DNA of 64,000 nt from an uncultured archaeon (GCA_964486045.1 CAZALK010000015.1:64001-128000), one strand, 5' to 3'. Positions 20,564 to 31,323 are shown, counted from the first letter of the stretch. A program made the numbers and translations. Notes: generated by a model from the letters alone, not told the origin.

Positions 20564-21799
20564 ATGAATCAAACGAAATTAGATGTAGAAAAAGAGTCAA
20601 GAGACCTGCTTGAAATTAAAGATCTTAAAACAAATTTCTATACAGAAGAAGGGATTGTTAAAGCAGTAGACGGTGTTTCATTTGATATATACCAAGATGA
20701 GATCCTTGGCCTTGTTGGTGAAACGGGGTGCGGAAAATCAGTCACAGCACTTTCTATTTTACGCCTTGTGAGAGCACCAGGAAAAATAATCAACGGGACC
20801 ATAAAGTTTAATGGTGTCAATTTGCTGGAGTTATCTGAAGGACAAATGAGGGAATATCGTGGCAACAACATAACTATGATATTTCAGGATCCACTAAATT
20901 CACTTAATCCAGTAATGTCAGTTGGAAAACAAATATCGGAAGTATTTTTATTACATCAGGAAGAAGAACTTAAGAAAATCATTGATAAACGAAATTCAGA
21001 GCGAAAAATACAGAAACTAGAAATAAAAGAACTAAAAAGGGAATTTAAAATAAATAAAGACCGTTTAACAGAAGATGAAAGGAGCGATTTTAGAGTAAAA
21101 ATAAAAGATCTAAAAGCCAAAATACCTAAAAAACCTTACCTGAAAAATATTGCATGGGAAAGATCGGAAGATATTATTAAAGAAGTAGGAATTGCAGATG
21201 CAGCAGGTATCCTAAAAAGATATCCGCATGAGTTAAGTGGGGGTATGAGACAACGTGTAATGATTTCAATGGCACTATCTTGTAACCCCCAACTGCTAAT
21301 CGCAGATGAACCTACTACTGCCTTGGATGTAACTATCCAAGCTCAGATTCTTGATTTAATGAAAATTTTGAAAAAGAAATTTAAAACATCAATTCTAATG
21401 ATAACTCATGATTTAGGTATAATTGCGGATTTGTGTGATCGGGTAGCTGTCATGTATAGTGGAAACATTGTTGAATATGCAACGGTAAAAGATTTATTTA
21501 AAAATCCTCGGCACCCCTACACGAAAGGACTTATTGGTGCAATTCCAAGCATAGAAAAGAAAGATCAAAAATTACTTACTATTCGAGGAATGGTACCAAA
21601 CTTGATTTTTCCCCCGTCTGGCTGCAGATTCCACCCAAGGTGTGATTATCGATTGGAAATCTGTAATAAAATAAGACCTAAATGGATTGAAATCGCAAAG
21701 AAATACTTAGTTGCTTGCCACCTTTTCGATCCTGATCATAAAAATTCCCCAAAACATGAGTGGGGTAAAGCGGAAGATAAAGAATCTTATAAAATATAA
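20564..21799 (+). CDS. dppD: Peptide ABC transporter ATPase
   Basis: GETGCGKS, YPHELSGGMRQR, DEPTTALD, C-terminal GCRFHPRC. Confidence 0.95.
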   Translation: MNQTKLDVEKESRDLLEIKDLKTNFYTEEGIVKAVDGVSFDIYQDEILGLVGETGCGKSVTALSILRLVRAPGKIINGTIKFNGVNLLELSEGQMREYRGNNITMIFQDPLNSLNPVMSVGKQISEVFLLHQEEELKKIIDKRNSERKIQKLEIKELKREFKINKDRLTEDERSDFRVKIKDLKAKIPKKPYLKNIAWERSEDIIKEVGIADAAGILKRYPHELSGGMRQRVMISMALSCNPQLLIADEPTTALDVTIQAQILDLMKILKKKFKTSILMITHDLGIIADLCDRVAVMYSGNIVEYATVKDLFKNPRHPYTKGLIGAIPSIEKKDQKLLTIRGMVPNLIFPPSGCRFHPRCDYRLEICNKIRPKWIEIAKKYLVACHLFDPDHKNSPKHEWGKAEDKESYKI

Positions 21800-21840
21800 C
21801 AATTAAAATTGGTAGACTAGTTGAAAGGAAATAAAAAAAA

Positions 21841-23187
21841 ATGATTAACCATAACGACGAAATAAACAATTCAATGGCAGAAAATATAAAAACTTCGAGT
21901 AAAAAGAAAGAAGTTATTCTAGCCGTTAAAGATCTCAAGACATATTTCCCCATATATGGTGGAATTTTTAAGCGGACAATTGGATATGTCAAGGCAGTAA
22001 ATGGGGTCACTTTTGACCTTTATAAAGGAGAAACACTTGGTTTAGTTGGAGAGAGTGGTTGCGGAAAAACTACTATCGGGAACAGTATATTAAATCTTGT
22101 ACCAGCTACCTCAGGAAAAATTTTCTATAAAGGACATAATATCGTATTAGGAAAGACTGAAAGAAAAGAAAAAACTCAAAAATTACGAGAAGAAAATGAT
22201 TTAAAGAATATTATATTAATTCCAGTAATTCGTTTTGCTCTAATATTTTTAGGTGCATTCCTCAGACGAACAAAAACAAACTTAAAGCAAATCTATCAAA
22301 CCACAAAGAATTATTTAGCTAAATTACACCCATCTTTAAGGGATGCATTTACTGCTATGATATCTTTCTCAAAACGAAATTATCTTAATATAAGTAGAAT
22401 AAAGCGCGGATATAATAAAGAATTACGAAGGAAAATTCAAATTGTGTTTCAAGATCCTGATTCTTCATTAAATCCACGTTGGAAAACAGTTAATATTATA
22501 GGAGAACCGCTTAGAATTCTCTTAGGAATGAGAAAAAGGAGAAAAATTCGTAGACGTGTCCTTGAAATTCTAGAAACCGTTTCAATGAAGATGGAGCACT
22601 TGGATAGATATCCACATGAATTTTCTGGTGGTCAAAAACAAAGAATTGTAATAGGTAGAGCTCTAGCACCTAATCCTGAAATTGTGATTTTAGACGAACC
22701 AACTTCCGCTCTAGATGTGTCCGTTCAAGCCCAAATTTTAAATTTATTAAAAGACCTCCAAGAAAAATTTGATTTTTCCTATTTATTTATTACTCATGAT
22801 TTAAGCGTAATACAACATATAGGAGATAGAATTGTAGTAATGTACCTTGGTAAATTCGTAGAGACTGGAAACATTGATGATGTATTTTACGATCCTAAAC
22901 ATCCATATACCAGAGCACTATTGTCAGCTCGACCTACATTCGATCCTACAACAAGACAAACCAGAATTATATTAGAGGGTGATGTACCTAGCCCAATTAA
23001 TCCACCTATTGGATGTGCTTTTCACCCTAGATGCCCAGAAAAAGATAAACATATTGGATGTGATGTAGACGAACCTAGGAAAATTCATATCGGGGGTGAC
23101 CATTACATTTATTGCCTACCATACAAGCATGAACAAGGCTCCTATGAAGGAAAGACAGTTATCTCAGATACTTGGAGAAAATCTTAA
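21841..23187 (+). CDS. dppF: Peptide ABC transporter ATPase
   Basis: GESGCGKT, YPHEFSGGQKQR, DEPTSALD, GCAFHPRC. Confidence 0.95.
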   Translation: MINHNDEINNSMAENIKTSSKKKEVILAVKDLKTYFPIYGGIFKRTIGYVKAVNGVTFDLYKGETLGLVGESGCGKTTIGNSILNLVPATSGKIFYKGHNIVLGKTERKEKTQKLREENDLKNIILIPVIRFALIFLGAFLRRTKTNLKQIYQTTKNYLAKLHPSLRDAFTAMISFSKRNYLNISRIKRGYNKELRRKIQIVFQDPDSSLNPRWKTVNIIGEPLRILLGMRKRRKIRRRVLEILETVSMKMEHLDRYPHEFSGGQKQRIVIGRALAPNPEIVILDEPTSALDVSVQAQILNLLKDLQEKFDFSYLFITHDLSVIQHIGDRIVVMYLGKFVETGNIDDVFYDPKHPYTRALLSARPTFDPTTRQTRIILEGDVPSPINPPIGCAFHPRCPEKDKHIGCDVDEPRKIHIGGDHYIYCLPYKHEQGSYEGKTVISDTWRKS

Positions 23188-23408
23188 TTCTATCCTAAAT
23201 GGCATAAATTTTAATGTCTTGTACTAAATTTGTATAAAAATTATTTTAAACAACTTGGATTTATTTTGATCCCTCCTCAAATATTGAAGATATCTTTTTA
23301 TTTCACTCTATTTTTATTTTTTACCTAAGATTTACGGAACATTTATTGAAATTTATCGATTAATTAATGAAAATAAAAAAGTTAAAGGATTATGATTTTA
23401 AATAGATA

Positions 23409-24581
23409 ATGACTTCAAAAAATTCCCAAATATTTGTATTAAAAACTTCACCTGAAACAATCTTAGAAGATTATAAAGATTTAATGCATTTAGCAAATTA
23501 TGAACGATTTTATAATAAGGATAGTAAGACTATTATCAAACTCAATTTAAGCTGGTCAAAATTCTTCCCTGCTTGCTCAAGCCCTCCTTGGCAGGTAGAG
23601 GGTATCTTAAAAACGATGACGGATGATGGGTACGATCCACAAAGACTTTTCCCCTCAGAAAACCGTACGGTTGTCACTAATATCGAGCGAGGCTTAAAAG
23701 GTAATAAGTGGGGTCCAATTATTAAAAAATATAATACCAGGTTTATCCCCTTAACACGAATACCCTTTGTTCCATATGAGTCTTTAAGACGTAAATTTCT
23801 TAGCTTAAAAAATCAAAAATTGCATGTTTTAGATTCTGAAATATTTCCAGAGGGTTTTAAAATTCCAAAATTTTATGTTGGTAAACAGATTATTCATGCA
23901 CCCACCATCAAAACACATGGTCATACTGGAGCTATAGGGGGTAGTTTAAATCACACTAAAGGAGAATTAAAGCATGGTGGTATCACATGCGCTATGAAAA
24001 ATGCATTTGGTGGACTTTTGACCAAAAGAAGGCATTTTTCACATCAATTTATGTCAGAAGTACTCGTTGATCTCTTAATTATTCAAAAACAAATTCATCC
24101 GAGCGTAATGGCAATCGTAGACGGAACAGTTTGCGGAGATGGTGCTGGTCCAAGAACCATGATACCTCGAATAAAAAATTATTTAATAGCAGGTTATGAT
24201 CAAGTTGCGATTGATACCGTTATCGCTAAAATGCTAGGTTTTCAGCCATTAAAATTACCTGCAATAAAATTAGCAAACGATGAAGGATTAGGTTGCGGTG
24301 ATTTTGATCAAATTGAAATAATAGGAAAAGATATCTCAAGTATCAATTGGAATTTTAAAGTTAAACGTAGTTTAGTTATATGGGGTGATCAAATGGTAAG
24401 AAAAGGCTCGCTAAAATTTATTAATCCACTTCTTAAGAATAAGATCTTTTTTATGGGACCGATTTTAGGTTCTTTAATTTATCATGATTTGTTTTGGTAT
24501 CCAATAATAGGAAAGCGTAGAATAAAGAATTTTATGAAAACTAAATGGGGGGATGTATTTAAAAATTATCCAGAGAGTTAA
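23409..24581 (+). CDS. DUF362-domain protein
   Basis: IKLNLSW, PTIKTHGH, ITCAMKNAFGG, DGTVCGDGAGP, DQVAID motifs. Confidence 0.85.
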   Translation: MTSKNSQIFVLKTSPETILEDYKDLMHLANYERFYNKDSKTIIKLNLSWSKFFPACSSPPWQVEGILKTMTDDGYDPQRLFPSENRTVVTNIERGLKGNKWGPIIKKYNTRFIPLTRIPFVPYESLRRKFLSLKNQKLHVLDSEIFPEGFKIPKFYVGKQIIHAPTIKTHGHTGAIGGSLNHTKGELKHGGITCAMKNAFGGLLTKRRHFSHQFMSEVLVDLLIIQKQIHPSVMAIVDGTVCGDGAGPRTMIPRIKNYLIAGYDQVAIDTVIAKMLGFQPLKLPAIKLANDEGLGCGDFDQIEIIGKDISSINWNFKVKRSLVIWGDQMVRKGSLKFINPLLKNKIFFMGPILGSLIYHDLFWYPIIGKRRIKNFMKTKWGDVFKNYPES

Positions 24582-24823
24582 GAAAGTCAATTCCAGTTAA
24601 TAATTATCTTATCATAGAGTACATTATCTGGTTTTGGTCAACTAATACGGTATCTAGCATAGTGTCAATTTAAAAGGTTAATCACTTATTTGTGCTATTT
24701 ATGAGAATAAAAACACTTTACAGACAATTTATCTTAATTTTTATAATATTACAATAATCTTGATATATAATTTTAAATTTTGAGCTTTAACGTAGGAAAT
24801 TTTTTTTAGCAAAAAGCAATACG

Positions 24824-26080
24824 ATGGATATTTCGGATTTAAAACTACATCACAATAAAGGGATAATACAACACATAAATCTATTAATGTTTGAGCGTAT
24901 AGCAGGAACAAAAGGAGAAACTAAAGCGATAAATTATATTCAAAAAGAATTAAATAATGAAAATGTTGATAACATTCTTGAATCTTTTAAATGGTCTAAA
25001 ACGATAGATATTTTGGTTAAATCGATAGCCATTTGTATCTTTTGGTCAACCATCCTTTTTGAGGTAACTATTTTATTAAACCTTGCCTGGTTAATGGTTA
25101 TTCTTGATTTATTTTTTATTGGGGTTATTTATTTTCTTGTAATAAACTTCTACGATATGACTCATTTAATGTTACTAGGTAAAAGGAAAAAATCAAAAAA
25201 CATTATCGCTAAAGTATCCGCAGTGGAAAAAAAAGATAAAAGTCCTCTTATTATTTTTACTGCTCACTATGATTCAATTTCAGCAAAATATCCTTATAAT
25301 TTAAAAAAATTTTTTTATTTATTGGTAATAACCATAAGTTTTCCAATTATTTTTTCAACACTTATTATATCTGAATGGACAGTTTTAACATACTTTTTTG
25401 ATTCTTATAAAACTAATTCATATGCAGCTTTATTGTCTAAATCCATCGATTTTTCCCATATGTCCCTTATTTTCTTGATTGTCGCCATCCTTATACTTCT
25501 ATTTAATAGAGAACGAAGTCAGTCGTTGGGTTCAATTGACAATGCCAGTGGAGTTTCAATTTTAATTGAGCTTGCAAAAATTTTAAACAAAAATCCTCTG
25601 AAGCACATCGATATTATATTCTTATGGAGCGGGGCTGAAGAATGGGGTTTATGGGGTTCAAAGCAATTCTGTATAAAGCATTTTGACGAATTAAATGAGG
25701 AATATGATCTTAATAAATCTTATAACATCAATATTGATATGGTAGGGACATACGTCGGACTTATAAACAAAACAGGCATAATCAGGAAAAAAGAGACTGA
25801 AAAATTAATCAATTTTTTAGATTCCTCAGCAAAAAAATTAAACGTGCCCTTAGATAAATATAATTTAGCTTTAGAACCAAGAAGCGACCATAATACATTT
25901 CGATCATTTGCTAAAAAAACCAGAAAAAAAATGCAATCATGTTGCTTTTTATCTAATCAAGATTCAAAATACATTCATTCTTCGAGAGATACCCCAAATA
26001 AGTGTTCATCTAAAAATCTTAATTGGTGTGTCGATATTTGTTATGATGCTATTAAAAATTTAGATTTGGAAACAATGTAG
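24824..26080 (+). CDS. Membrane-associated M28-family peptidase
   Basis: AHYDS, DNASG, GAEEWGLWGS, NIDMVG, SDH, IHS..D. Confidence 0.9.
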   Translation: MDISDLKLHHNKGIIQHINLLMFERIAGTKGETKAINYIQKELNNENVDNILESFKWSKTIDILVKSIAICIFWSTILFEVTILLNLAWLMVILDLFFIGVIYFLVINFYDMTHLMLLGKRKKSKNIIAKVSAVEKKDKSPLIIFTAHYDSISAKYPYNLKKFFYLLVITISFPIIFSTLIISEWTVLTYFFDSYKTNSYAALLSKSIDFSHMSLIFLIVAILILLFNRERSQSLGSIDNASGVSILIELAKILNKNPLKHIDIIFLWSGAEEWGLWGSKQFCIKHFDELNEEYDLNKSYNINIDMVGTYVGLINKTGIIRKKETEKLINFLDSSAKKLNVPLDKYNLALEPRSDHNTFRSFAKKTRKKMQSCCFLSNQDSKYIHSSRDTPNKCSSKNLNWCVDICYDAIKNLDLETM

Positions 26081-26308
26081 ACTAAATGAGGCAAAATATC
26101 TTATGAAACCTTGAATTAATATTAATTGTTAGACTTTAACCATATTCTTTTGTTAAGAATTTCCGCCTACAAGCACTATATTGTATTTTCTCCTATTTTT
26201 TGGTAATAATCACTTTTAAAATAATCCAACTCCAAAGGGGGAAATTTGAAAAACAGCGCTAAGCTAATTTTTTTCTTTTAGCAGCACTAAAAATATAAAT
26301 AATTCCGA

Positions 26309-26791
26309 TTACCACACTATAGGTAGACGGTAATCTGGAAAGAGTGCTGAGTAAATTGCTAAAAAAATAAAGATTATTGCCGTTAATATTATTATAAGAA
26401 CGATTAATCCCGTAATATCTCGTGGTGAAAACCGAGTTCTAGTTTTTATTTTGTGTTTAGGGATTGCAACTTTCTCAATTAACCAATTTTTATAAGATTT
26501 TGTTAACTTTCCCTTTTCTAATGGATTTTCTCCTGAAGATCCCTTAAAAAATTCTTGAGTTTCTACAGAATTTATCGCAAGATATGCTTTTTTGATTCTT
26601 ACTCTCTCAAATGCAAAATCAATACTTGAAAAGCTGATGATTATAATGGGTACTGATATATACCAATAAAAAAATACGAGCAATACAAAACGAATAACAA
26701 ATTGGAAATAAAATGTTGCTACCATGATGGATATAATAATAACACCAATAAAAGCAAAACATTTTGTGTCTTCCTTAGATGGTAAAGGCAT
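26309..26791 (-). CDS. Hypothetical membrane protein
   Basis: 160-aa ORF with 3 hydrophobic segments. Confidence 0.6.
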   Translation of the reverse strand: MPLPSKEDTKCFAFIGVIIISIMVATFYFQFVIRFVLLVFFYWYISVPIIIISFSSIDFAFERVRIKKAYLAINSVETQEFFKGSSGENPLEKGKLTKSYKNWLIEKVAIPKHKIKTRTRFSPRDITGLIVLIIILTAIIFIFLAIYSALFPDYRLPIVW

Positions 26792-27148
26792 GAAAATAAT
26801 CTCTTTTTTATATAAAGACTTTTATTGTTTTGTGTTAATTAAATTTTCATTTAATTATTTATCTTACCATTTTAAAGCATAAAAAAGTTTGATATAAAAA
26901 TTCTAACTTTAAATTAGAGATGATCAGATGGAAGAAAAATTATGGGGAATTTTAGGCTTGTACAAACTCCTACATGATATTTTTACTGAAATCTTTAATA
27001 AAATAATCTAAACTTGAAAATCATGGATTATTTCAATGATTTTATATCTTAACATGGAAATTTCTCTTCTATTAACAATTATCGATCCTTTCCTTATTTT
27101 CTATTACGTTTTCATTAGGTTGCACCTATCTTTCTCTATACAGACAAA

Positions 27149-27388
27149 ATTAACTGGAATTTTAAAGTTAAACGAAGTTTGGTAATATGGGGGGACCAAA
27201 TGGTACGCAAGGGGCCACTCAGTTTTATTAATCCACTTCTTAAAAATGAGCTCTTTTTTATGGCCCCAATTTTAGCTTCATTAGTCTATCATGATATGAT
27301 TTGGTATCCTACTGTAGGAAAACGTAGAATTAAGAGATTCATGAAAACAGAGTGGGGTAAGGTATTCAAAAATTATCCAAAAAATTAG
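27149..27388 (+). pseudogene. Orphan 3' fragment (79 codons) of a DUF362 gene, paralogous to 24342-24581
   Basis: 63 of 79 aa identical by manual alignment; 20-bp exact match TGGAATTTTAAAGTTAAACG at 24348-24367 and 27155-27174; no 5' part. Confidence 0.9.
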
Positions 27389-27423
27389 CATCTTACAATC
27401 CTAATAATACATTAAGTGGGTAA

Positions 27424-28206
27424 TCAGTTTAATAATGTTTTTAGAATCTCTGTAAAATTAATAGGTATTTTTTGCTCCTCAATGCGTAAATGCACAAGAA
27501 ATTCAATTGAGTTTTTAATATCTGAAAGTAGTGCTTTAATTATTCCAAACGGATTAAATTTATTCTTAATACACCATTCAATTAAATCGACAAGAATATG
27601 ATAAAGAAATGAAGAATTTTCCGCAATTCTAAATTTTTGCTTTTTCCTAAATTGACTCTCAAACAAAGGTTTTACTAATGCTAAAATATCCCCATCTTTC
27701 TTTAAAAATTGCTTTACATTAGGGAGGATAGATTTCAGTGAAGTAAAGGTAACATCTATAGTACAAACATCAATTTTTTCATTAATATCAATCATTTCAC
27801 GTGCATCCACGCCTAGAAACGGAATCACTTTTTCCTTCATCTTCTCACACCGGAAAGAAGGATGTAACCGATCTAAGGTGATATCTACAGCGTAAATCCT
27901 TTTAGCTCCACGTTGCAGTAGGCAATCTGTAAATCCTCCTGTTGAAGCCCCAATATCAACACAAATTCTATCTTCAACCCGAATCGAAAATTCATCTAAT
28001 GCTGCTTCTAATTTCAATCCACCACGACTCACATAGGGAAATTTTTTTTGAAGTTGTATCTCGTAGGAATTGTCAACTTTTTTACCTGGTTTTGTTATTT
28101 TGATTCCATTTACAATTACATGCCCCTTCCTTATTAGCCATTGTGCTTTTGTCCGGCTCTCTACTAGCGCTCTGTTGACTAATAATATATCAATTCTCTC
28201 TTTCAT
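27424..28206 (-). CDS. tlyA: TlyA-family rRNA methyltransferase
   Basis: S4 domain, YVSRGGLKL, DIGASTGGFTDCLLQRGA, LVKPLFE. Confidence 0.92.
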   Translation of the reverse strand: MKERIDILLVNRALVESRTKAQWLIRKGHVIVNGIKITKPGKKVDNSYEIQLQKKFPYVSRGGLKLEAALDEFSIRVEDRICVDIGASTGGFTDCLLQRGAKRIYAVDITLDRLHPSFRCEKMKEKVIPFLGVDAREMIDINEKIDVCTIDVTFTSLKSILPNVKQFLKKDGDILALVKPLFESQFRKKQKFRIAENSSFLYHILVDLIEWCIKNKFNPFGIIKALLSDIKNSIEFLVHLRIEEQKIPINFTEILKTLLN

Positions 28207-28209
28207 AAG

Positions 28210-29325
28210 TTATGGCTTAGCATCTCTTTTATTTATTATTACCTCAATTTTCCGTGTCAGTGCTAGACTTAATCTACCCACTTGTACTTTTAATGAGGCC
28301 TTTCTTTCAAATTTCTTATAAATTTCCCTTAATATAAATCCCATTGAAAAAAATGCTGTGGCTGCAAAGACCCAAATGCTAATCAAATCTAGTTTGTTTA
28401 AGAAAAGAAAATACAATAAGTTATGAGCTAGGTAAATTGTGAGAGAATAGTACGAGTAGTAGAATATTAATTTATAGCTCCTTTTTGTTCTAAGAATATT
28501 AAATTTTTCGATCGTTAATAAGATAGAAAGCAAAAATAAATCAATTCCAATCGAATATACTACCCATGACAAACTTTCCCTTATCAGAAATTGAGGAAAC
28601 TGGATAAGAACACCAGACATTATCATAAAAATTCCAATTAAAGTTGTGGGAATTAACAATCTTTTTTTAAAGACTGAATTATTATTCTCTTCCTTATTCA
28701 TAGAACTAGTCTCATGGATTAAATCTCCTATAACAGTTCCGATTATGAAAAATGGGAAAAATATTAGAATCGGATCCTGGTGGATAATATTATACAGTAT
28801 ATGGAATATTAAACCAATAATATTCGATTCACCTTGAAATGGTAATAACCATGAAACAATAATAAAATGGACAAATAAAATTGCAAATGCAATGAAGATC
28901 CTAAAATATTTGTGAATCTTTAGTAGTGGCCAAGTTAAAAAAATTGAAACCGCCGAGGTTAATAACACAAACCACGTCCAAATCATAGTTGGATCTTTTA
29001 GTACAATCGCGGTTGGTATGTTGTAAATAATGGCGATTATGAAAATAAAGAATGCTCGAAGAAAATATGAATTTTTCACCATTCTATAATTAAATTCTTT
29101 CGATTCTTTTACTTCATTTAATCTACGTCTATGTGAAATAGTAATACTAACCCCTGAAATGAATAAAAAACCTGAGGCACCAATAGGGTCTATTATCATT
29201 ATCACTACCGTATGTAGCCAACTGTACTCAGTCTTTAACCACCAATCAATTAAATGAGCTAACACCATCCATCCCATACAAGCTCCACGAAATATATCAA
29301 TACTCCTTAATCTGCTAGGTTTCAT
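28210..29325 (-). CDS. DUF1624/HGSNAT-like membrane acyltransferase
   Basis: RLRSIDIFRG...H, FLFISGVS, SLTIYLAH; polytopic. Confidence 0.75.
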   Translation of the reverse strand: MKPSRLRSIDIFRGACMGWMVLAHLIDWWLKTEYSWLHTVVIMIIDPIGASGFLFISGVSITISHRRRLNEVKESKEFNYRMVKNSYFLRAFFIFIIAIIYNIPTAIVLKDPTMIWTWFVLLTSAVSIFLTWPLLKIHKYFRIFIAFAILFVHFIIVSWLLPFQGESNIIGLIFHILYNIIHQDPILIFFPFFIIGTVIGDLIHETSSMNKEENNNSVFKKRLLIPTTLIGIFMIMSGVLIQFPQFLIRESLSWVVYSIGIDLFLLSILLTIEKFNILRTKRSYKLIFYYSYYSLTIYLAHNLLYFLFLNKLDLISIWVFAATAFFSMGFILREIYKKFERKASLKVQVGRLSLALTRKIEVIINKRDAKP

Positions 29326-29427
29326 GTTTAAAAAGTTTTAATTATTGACTGTTTTTTGACCTCCAGTAAAATCAGTCTATTAGGAAGATTTAAAGCTGAA
29401 TATAATTAATATTGTTCCTTTAATACC

Positions 29428-30288
29428 TCAAATTGGCTTAATTCTCAATCCATTAATCAATTCGGAAGATTTACTTAGTGAAATGTCATTATCTAATAGT
29501 TTTTTCAAAATTTCTTTCAAAATTAATGTTTCATCCTGAGCTTCATTTAAATCATATGCTTCATTTTTTTGGTAGTTTATATTCTTAGATTTATTCTGTT
29601 TTATAATTTGGTAATAATTTTGAGAATTAACTTCAATACCTTTACGCGTTGCAATTAATAATGCAGAAATTTCATGCTTGGTCTTTACCCGTTTTCCTTT
29701 ATCTTGGATTTTAATTTTAGAAGTTTTTGATTCATCAATTAAATAAACTTTAATAGATTTTCGGTTTTTAAAAGTTTCATAAACTCGCTTTAATAAATCA
29801 ATAGTTACTGGTATGATCCCCCTACCAAATTTGAAGGTAAAACGCATAGGTTTTGAACCTTCCTTTTGAAAACAAAGAATATAATCATTAATAATTTCAA
29901 GAAGTTTTTCTTTTTTATAGATTGTGTGAGATTGTAAATAAAAATCATCCAAAAAAACGACAATTCCAATTTGGCTTGTACCTGGATCAATAGAAAATGT
30001 TAAATTTGAATAACTCTCCTTAAATTCTATTTTATATGCCGCTAATATTTTTAAAATATAATGGTGAAAATTTTCATTCTTGTCGTACGGAAGAATTTTC
30101 AATTTTTTATAGTTATCGTCAAATTTATGAATTTCTTCAGATGTTGTAAGAACTATCGAAGGAAGAGTATGGAATTTTCTTTGTACAGTTAGAATTTTGA
30201 AATTAACATTCAATCGAATCAATTCTCTGTTTAACTTATAGAAAAAATTTAAATTTTCAGTGAAGATGTATAATAATTTCTTAATCAT
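29428..30288 (-). CDS. Hypothetical protein with RNase H-like (YqgF/RuvC-type) domain
   Basis: SIDPGTSQIGI and IDESKTS motifs. Confidence 0.6.
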   Translation of the reverse strand: MIKKLLYIFTENLNFFYKLNRELIRLNVNFKILTVQRKFHTLPSIVLTTSEEIHKFDDNYKKLKILPYDKNENFHHYILKILAAYKIEFKESYSNLTFSIDPGTSQIGIVVFLDDFYLQSHTIYKKEKLLEIINDYILCFQKEGSKPMRFTFKFGRGIIPVTIDLLKRVYETFKNRKSIKVYLIDESKTSKIKIQDKGKRVKTKHEISALLIATRKGIEVNSQNYYQIIKQNKSKNINYQKNEAYDLNEAQDETLILKEILKKLLDNDISLSKSSELINGLRIKPI

Positions 30289-30357
30289 GATTAACTGTCG
30301 TTAAATATATTATTATACAAAGGGAAAAAAAGTCTTTTGTAATACAAATGAGATATG

Positions 30358-30391
30358 TAGCAACCAAACGTAATACAATTGAAAGCAAGAA
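30358..30391 (+). repeat. Direct repeat copy A (TAGCAACCAAACGTAATACAATTGAAAGCAAGAA)
   Basis: 30370-30391 is identical over 22 bp to 33153-33174, with upstream TAGCAA/AAA also shared. Confidence 0.9.
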
Positions 30392-30418
30392 TTTGAATAT
30401 AATAAATCTCTTTAAAAA

Positions 30419-30730
30419 TTAATCTTGAAAGTTTTTTAATAGAAACTTAAGGGCTTTAATTCCTTTATCTGATATTTTATACTTTATATATCCATCTTCT
30501 TTTCTCTTTCTATCACTTTTATCAATTAAATCATATCTCAAAAAGCATTTTATATATCTGAAAACCGAACTCCTTTTCATTATAGACATTTTAGAAATTT
30601 CTTCAATTAGGTTTTTACATAAAAGTTGAGGCTGTTCATTTATGAATTTAAGTAAAGTGATTCCTTTCTCGTTTAAAAAATTAATAATCGGAAGTCGATT
30701 ATCAAACCTGAACGTCAATGATTTTCTCAT
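30419..30730 (-). CDS. Winged-helix (ArsR/MarR-like) DNA-binding protein
   Basis: KRSSVFRYIKCFLRYDLI...YKISDKG wHTH pattern; ATG at 30730 preferred over 30781. Confidence 0.7.
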   Translation of the reverse strand: MRKSLTFRFDNRLPIINFLNEKGITLLKFINEQPQLLCKNLIEEISKMSIMKRSSVFRYIKCFLRYDLIDKSDRKRKEDGYIKYKISDKGIKALKFLLKNFQD

Positions 30731-30771
30731 AACTAAAATATGGAGGTATTTTATAAAAATATATCTCAAAA

Positions 30772-30787
30772 TTTGACACATGTCAAA
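30772..30787. promoter_or_regulatory. Palindrome TTTGACA-CA-TGTCAAA, candidate operator
   Basis: 7-bp perfect arms in the divergent intergenic region, next to TATA-like TTTTATAAAA (30749-30758). Confidence 0.45.
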
Positions 30788-31017
30788 AAAATGTACATCT
30801 CTGAAATTTGTCGAGGAATCTAAAACATCTAATTTTATATTTTATTTTCAAATTTGATTTATATGGTTCACCCAATATTAACATAAAATTATCTAATAAG
30901 GGAAAATCCAAAATTTTGGGTAGAGTTTATATTTTTTAAAAATAATAATTATTATTAAATAATTTTAAATAAAATAATTGTTTACATATTATTTAGCATC
31001 TAAGAGATGGAGAGAGA

Positions 31018-31323
31018 ATGGAAGTATATACACCTGCTTTTATAAAGATTAGGGAATTACTTCAAGTAGAACTACTAAAATATATTGGCGAAAATATTGC
31101 CGTTAATTCCAATGATATAAATGAATTTATAATGGTTCTTAAAGAGAAAAGTAAACATGATAACAAAAATTTTAATTTAATTGAATTTACATATAGTTAC
31201 CCATATAGTTCTCAAGTTCAAGATTTATTAGTTGATTTAGTCAGACGATGTATCGTAAAGCAAACAAGAGATGGATATCAATTAACTAGCCATGGTCTAA
31301 GCTTGATTGGAAATGATATATGA
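31018..31323 (+). CDS. Small winged-helix protein (YwgA/Panacea-like)
   Basis: F..YSYPYSSQVQDLL and YQLTSHG; stop overlaps the HD gene start (ATGA). Confidence 0.55.
   Translation: MEVYTPAFIKIRELLQVELLKYIGENIAVNSNDINEFIMVLKEKSKHDNKNFNLIEFTYSYPYSSQVQDLLVDLVRRCIVKQTRDGYQLTSHGLSLIGNDI

Noticed and set aside
27179-27388. Independent 69-aa gene
   Set aside because: It is the displaced tail of DUF362; homology extends upstream of the TTG and there is no RBS
29346-29378. Imperfect hairpin GACTG-TTTT...AAAA-TCAGTC between two minus-strand genes
   Set aside because: Short, imperfect and single-copy; not distinguishable from chance in AT-rich DNA
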